From Abditibacterium sp. (GTDB lineage Bacteria; Armatimonadota; Abditibacteriia; Abditibacteriales; Abditibacteriaceae): a stretch of DNA of 64,000 nt. The translations under genes and the position numbers were made by a program. The stretch's first letter is position 1. Every line of letters starts with the position of its first letter. Where the stretch lies: assembly GCA_965199495.1 (NCBI GenBank), contig CBDASK010000003.1, positions 3,776,001 through 3,840,000 of the forward strand, given 5' to 3'. Shown in pieces: positions 59,552 to 64,000 of the stretch. The notes beneath the pieces are model-generated. The model searched no databases. It had not been told where the DNA came from and was given only the letters and a program-made list of their open reading frames with translations.

Positions 59552-60499
59552 TCAGCTTACATTATCCAGCGCGTTGCGCAATACGCCCGCCGATTTTTTC
59601 AACGCTTCGATTTCGCCTTCGTCCAAGGGCAACGGCAGCGTTTTTGTCGCGCCGTTACGGTTGACGATTGTCGGCATGCCAAACGAAACGCCGCTGATGC
59701 CATACATATCAATGGCGTGGCCGACCGGCAAAACCGCATTTTCGTCGCGCACGATGGCTTTGACGACTTCGACCAAACCGGCGCCAATCGCGTAATACGT
59801 CGCGCCTTTGCGCTCGATGATATGATACGCCGCATCGCGCGTGCGCCCGAAAATATCGTCTTTAATCGCGGGCGTCAGCTCGACGTTCATCGCGTCGCAA
59901 TAGGTTTGGAGCGGCACGCCGCCCACCGTCACGCAACTCCAGGCGGGCACGGAACTGTCGCCGTGTTCGCCTATGATAAACGCGCTCACGCTCTGAGCAG
60001 CCACGCCGACGTGATCGCCGATGAAATGACGAAAGCGCGCGGTGTCCAAAATCGTGCCCGATCCGAAAACGCGGCCCGGCGCCATTTTCGCGTAATCGGC
60101 GGAAATCTGCGTTAAAACGTCCACGGGATTGGTGGCGATGATAATCAAACCGTTGGGATTATTTTGGGTGATGGACGGAATAATCTGACCGAAAATCCCG
60201 GCGTTCTTGCGGCCCAACTCCAAACGCGATTCGCCCGGCTTCTGGTTGGCGCCCGCCGTGACGACCGTGACGGCGCAACCGGCCAAGGCATCGTAATCGC
60301 CCGCGCTGACTTTAACTGCGTGGGCGAAAGGCGCGCTGTGCGCCAAATCCATCGCTTCGCCCTGCGCCTTGTCGGCGTTGGCGTCCACCAAAACAAGTTC
60401 GGAAGCCAATCCGCTCAGCGTCAGAGCGTAAGCGAACGAAGCGCCCACGTTGCCAGCGCCCACGACGGCGATTTTGCGGGGAGTGTAGGAATTATTCAT
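59552..60499 (-). CDS. ldh: L-lactate dehydrogenase
   Basis: GAGNVG, QKPGESRLEL, NPVD, GTILDTARF, GEHGDS, KGATYYAIG. Confidence 0.95.
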   Translation of the reverse strand: MNNSYTPRKIAVVGAGNVGASFAYALTLSGLASELVLVDANADKAQGEAMDLAHSAPFAHAVKVSAGDYDALAGCAVTVVTAGANQKPGESRLELGRKNAGIFGQIIPSITQNNPNGLIIIATNPVDVLTQISADYAKMAPGRVFGSGTILDTARFRHFIGDHVGVAAQSVSAFIIGEHGDSSVPAWSCVTVGGVPLQTYCDAMNVELTPAIKDDIFGRTRDAAYHIIERKGATYYAIGAGLVEVVKAIVRDENAVLPVGHAIDMYGISGVSFGMPTIVNRNGATKTLPLPLDEGEIEALKKSAGVLRNALDNVS

Positions 60500-60575
60500 G
60501 TTGATATAGTGCAGAGCGCAATTCGTGCGCCTGTGCCAGCACAAACAATTCTACTGCATACTGAAAACTCATCCT

Positions 60576-61826
60576 ATGATAATCGAACCATTTTCTTTTG
60601 GCGTTGGCGACCGTTTCGCCCATCAAGCCGCCGCGCAACTGCGCGCTTTCGAGTTGCTTGCGGTGCAGGGCGTTGAAGTCGTGCCCGTCTGGAACAAATC
60701 GCATCGTGAACACACAACGATTGGCTCCAAACCGCAATCGCTGCGCGATGCCGCTGATGCCGCCGTCGCCAAATTAGGTTGGGACAAACCGTATTACGTG
60801 GATGCCGATCATATTCGCCTCGAAACCGTGGACGAATTTATTCCGAGCGCCAACTTTTTCACGCTCGATGTCGCCGATTTCATCGGCGGCGCGATTGATG
60901 ATAAAACCGTCGAAAGTTTTCTCAATGCCCATCCCGAATTGATTGGCACCATCGAAATCGCGGGCATTGAAACGCCATTTGAGACCACACGCGCGCAAAT
61001 TAAACAATGGGCCACCAAGTATCTGCCCGCCGTGGCTGGTGCGGGCGCGATTTACCATCGCATCGCCGAGAAAAAGGGCGCCGAAAATTTCGTCACCGAA
61101 GTTTCGATGGACGAAACCGACGCGCCGCAAACGCCGCCCGAACTTCTGGTGATTTTGGCCGCGCTGGGCCACGCGCAAATTCCCCTGCAAACCATCGCGC
61201 CCAAATTTAGCGGCAGATTCAACAAAGGCGTCGATTATGTCGGCGACATCGCGCAGTTCGAGCGCGAATTCGGCGACGATTTATGTGTCATTCAACACGC
61301 GATTCCGCGTTACGGTTTGCCATCGAATTTAAAGTTAAGCGTGCATTCGGGCAGCGATAAATTTTCGATTTATGCGCCGATTCGCCGCCAGTTGGGCAAA
61401 CATCACGCGGGTTTGCACATCAAGACGGCGGGCACGACATGGCTCGAAGAAGTGATTGGTCTGGCGATTTCGGGCGATGAAGGTCTGCAAATCGCGCGCG
61501 ATATTTATCGCAAAGCCCTCGCGAAACAGGAGGAGCTGTGCGCGCCTTACGCGACGGTGATTGACATTGATGCCGGCAAACTTCCCGATGCCGAAACGGT
61601 TGACAATTGGAGCGGCGAAGAGTTCGCGGCGGCGCTACGCCATGTGCAAAGCGAACCGCGTTACAATCCGAGCCTACGCCAGTTGATTCACGTCGGCTAC
61701 AAAATCGCCGCGCAAATGGGTGCGCGCTACACCGATGCGCTGGAAAATAACGCCGAAATCGTTGGCAATTGCGTGACGGAAAATCTGTTCGAGCGGCACA
61801 TGAAACCGCTCTTTCTGGGCGAGTAA
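60576..61826 (+). CDS. uxaE: Tagaturonate/fructuronate epimerase
   Basis: SFGVGDRF, DADH, EVSMDET, FNKGVDY, SVHSGSDKF, HIKTAGTTWLE. Confidence 0.92.
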   Translation: MIIEPFSFGVGDRFAHQAAAQLRAFELLAVQGVEVVPVWNKSHREHTTIGSKPQSLRDAADAAVAKLGWDKPYYVDADHIRLETVDEFIPSANFFTLDVADFIGGAIDDKTVESFLNAHPELIGTIEIAGIETPFETTRAQIKQWATKYLPAVAGAGAIYHRIAEKKGAENFVTEVSMDETDAPQTPPELLVILAALGHAQIPLQTIAPKFSGRFNKGVDYVGDIAQFEREFGDDLCVIQHAIPRYGLPSNLKLSVHSGSDKFSIYAPIRRQLGKHHAGLHIKTAGTTWLEEVIGLAISGDEGLQIARDIYRKALAKQEELCAPYATVIDIDAGKLPDAETVDNWSGEEFAAALRHVQSEPRYNPSLRQLIHVGYKIAAQMGARYTDALENNAEIVGNCVTENLFERHMKPLFLGE

Positions 61827-61830
61827 AATC

Positions 61831-61922
61831 AAGGTTTGGAGTAGGCACGTAAGTGCCTGATAAGTGCGAGATGCCTCAATTTTGATTGGTTCTGAGGCAC
61901 TCACGTGCCTACTCCAAACCTT
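61831..61922. repeat. REP-doublet-like inverted repeat, family H
   Basis: 28-bp arms at 61831-61858 and 61895-61922 (one mismatch); each arm is GTAG overlapping the palindrome aggcac-N4-gtgcct. Confidence 0.88.
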
Positions 61923-61961
61923 CTGGTCGCAAACTTCGCCTTTCTGTGAGAACCAAAAATT

Positions 61962-63368
61962 ATGTCTTTCATCCATGCCGATTTTCTGCTGCAAACTCAA
62001 GCCGCGCACCGACTGTTTCACGATTACGCGCAAGCCGAGCCGATTCTCGATTACCATAATCATCTGCCGCCGCGCGACATTGCCAATGACCGTCAATTCG
62101 CCAATTTGCACGAGATTTGGCTCGAAGGCGATCATTACAAATGGCGCGCAATGAGAGCGGCGGGCGTAGATGAAGAGTTCATCACCGGAGCAGCCACGCC
62201 GCGCGACAAGTTCATGGCGTGGGCGCGCGTCGTGCCTAAAACCTTGCGCAATCCGCTTTATCATTGGACGCATTTGGAACTCAAACGCTATTTTGATATT
62301 GACGAGTTACTGGACGAAAATAGCGCGCAACGCATCTGGGACAACGCCAACGAACAGTTGGCGTTGCCCGAAAATAGCGCGCGTGGTCTACTCAAAAAGT
62401 TCGATGTGCGCGCGCTTTGCACGACTGATGATCCCGCCGATGATTTAAATTATCATCGTCAAATCGCCGATTCAGATTGCGAAACGCGGGTTTATCCGAC
62501 GTTTCGGCCCGACAAATCAATGGCGATTGATGATTACGAATCGCTCAAAACTTGGATGGCGAAGTTGGGACAAACTTGTGGGCGCGAAGTCAAAAATTTC
62601 GCGGATATAATTGATGCGCTGGAAAAGCGTCACGACGATTTTCACGCGATTGGCGGACGATTATCTGATCATGGTTTAACGCATTTGCCGACGCAATTCG
62701 CCGACGAACGCGACGCCGAAAACACGTTCTGGAACGCGGAATATAGCGGCCCAAGCCGCGAAGAACGCGAACGTTTCACCGGATTCATGATGCAGTTTTT
62801 CGGCGAGTTGGACGCGAAAAAAGGTTGGACGAAACAGTTGCATCTGGGCGCGCGCCGCAACAACAACGCCGCGATGTTCGAGCGGTTGGGTGCCGATACC
62901 GGTTACGATTCGATTGGCGATTGGCCGCAAATCGAAGGTTTGGGCGCCTACTTCAGCAAACTCAGCGAGAACGATTTGTTGCCGCAAACTATCGTTTACA
63001 ACTTAAATCCCGCCGATAATTACGCCGTGGCTACCATGCTGGGCAACTTCGCGGGCGGCGGCAAAGCGGGCAAAATGCAAATGGGTTCGGGCTGGTGGTT
63101 TTTGGATCAAAAAGAAGCGATGGAATGGCAAATCAACGCGTTATCGAACGTCGGATTGTTGTCGCAATTCGTCGGAATGCTAACCGATTCGCGCTCGTTT
63201 ATGAGCTTTCCTCGCCACGAATATTTCCGCCGCGTCTTGTGCAATTTGGTCGGGCGCGACATGGAAGATGGACTTTTGCCCGGTGATTACGAGTTGGTCG
63301 GCGGCATGATTCGTAACATTTGTTATGCCAATGCGCGCGATTATTTGGGATTGGAAGTAGGGAGTTAA
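61962..63368 (+). CDS. uxaC: Glucuronate isomerase
   Basis: PILDYHNHL, DHYKWRAMR, NPLYHWTHLEL, WWFLD, GMLTDSRSF. Confidence 0.97.
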   Translation: MSFIHADFLLQTQAAHRLFHDYAQAEPILDYHNHLPPRDIANDRQFANLHEIWLEGDHYKWRAMRAAGVDEEFITGAATPRDKFMAWARVVPKTLRNPLYHWTHLELKRYFDIDELLDENSAQRIWDNANEQLALPENSARGLLKKFDVRALCTTDDPADDLNYHRQIADSDCETRVYPTFRPDKSMAIDDYESLKTWMAKLGQTCGREVKNFADIIDALEKRHDDFHAIGGRLSDHGLTHLPTQFADERDAENTFWNAEYSGPSREERERFTGFMMQFFGELDAKKGWTKQLHLGARRNNNAAMFERLGADTGYDSIGDWPQIEGLGAYFSKLSENDLLPQTIVYNLNPADNYAVATMLGNFAGGGKAGKMQMGSGWWFLDQKEAMEWQINALSNVGLLSQFVGMLTDSRSFMSFPRHEYFRRVLCNLVGRDMEDGLLPGDYELVGGMIRNICYANARDYLGLEVGS

Positions 63369-63397
63369 TGTTGGTTAAACTTTAAAGCAGAAATCAA

Positions 63398-63706
63398 ATG
63401 TCAACTCTTCAAATTTCTCTGCCAGACGAACTGCAAGCGTGGATCGAAAGCGAAGCGCGTGGGCGTGGCTACTCCGATGCGAGCGAATTCGTCGGCGTTT
63501 TGCTACGCGAAGTCAAAACACAACGCGAAGTGCAAAGCGAAAAATTAACCGATGAAGAAATGTTGGGCGGGCGCACCGAAGCCGAATTAGCGGCTTTGCT
63601 CAACGAAGGTTTGGCGAGCAAGTCGGAAGTCGCCGATGCGCAGTGGTGGGACGACTTGCGCACTGAATTAGCGGCGAAGTTGGAACAACGGGAAGCCGCA
63701 GTATGA
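63398..63706 (+). CDS. ParD-like ribbon-helix-helix antitoxin
   Basis: MSTLQISLPDEL..WI...GYSDASEFV..LLRE...EGLAS; stop overlaps the toxin start. Confidence 0.85.
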   Translation: MSTLQISLPDELQAWIESEARGRGYSDASEFVGVLLREVKTQREVQSEKLTDEEMLGGRTEAELAALLNEGLASKSEVADAQWWDDLRTELAAKLEQREAAV

Positions 63707-64000
63707 GCCGTTTGGATGCGCCTTTGCCCGGATTGCTCTTCCGTAAAGGCGCGCGCCGCGATTTGGCGGAAGAATTCGAGGCGATTGCTCGAAACAATCG
63801 GCAACGCGCGTGGCGTTTTGTTGATGCTGTTGAAGAAACGGCGGCTCTGCTGCTCGAATTTCCCCATTTAGGTTCGCCGCGCGATTTTTCCGACGTGCCC
63901 ATCCGCGAATTGCGAATGTTTCCTGTTCAAAATTTCAAGATGTATTTGATTTGGTATCATCCGCTCGCGTCGGGCGACGGCATTGAAATCGTGCGCGTTT
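63703..64000 (+). CDS. ParE/RelE-family toxin (runs off the window end)
   Basis: Manual translation: ARRDL...AWRFVDAV...FPHLG...LRMFPV..F..YLIWY...IEIVRV. Confidence 0.85.
   Translation, partial: MSRLDAPLPGLLFRKGARRDLAEEFEAIARNNRQRAWRFVDAVEETAALLLEFPHLGSPRDFSDVPIRELRMFPVQNFKMYLIWYHPLASGDGIEIVRV

Overview
Bacterial chromosomal window, GC-rich (roughly 55-60% by eye). The gene content (paired large DUF6785-like membrane proteins, many secreted carbohydrate-active proteins) suggests an Abditibacteriota/Armatimonadota-like organism, but that is an inference. Core genes include partial sat plus an Rrf2 regulator, clpS, rsmG, a tRNA cluster (Thr-Tyr-Thr-Trp-Trp) followed by secE-nusG-rplK-rplA-rplJ-rplL (no tuf, rpmG or rpoBC), gpsA, HU, lon, nadD-rsfS, tsaC/sua5, nfi, secA, ldh, uxaE-uxaC and a ParDE-type toxin-antitoxin pair. 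There is also a NitT/TauT ABC transporter, several glycoside hydrolases and a complete IS982-like element. Strongest unusual signals: (1) a 2214-aa SecA with a ~620-aa insertion in the preprotein-binding domain and a degenerate tandem copy of part of its second ATPase domain; (2) a non-palindromic motif CGTGGCTG(CT) repeated at least 42 times on both strands and in several reading frames, resembling an undescribed uptake/Chi/HIP-like signal; (3) a bacterial protein colinear with the eukaryotic RNA lariat debranching enzyme Dbr1; (4) at least eight families of long intergenic inverted repeats; (5) a candidate riboswitch-like switch. No CRISPR array or rRNA was seen. All counts and alignments were done by eye.
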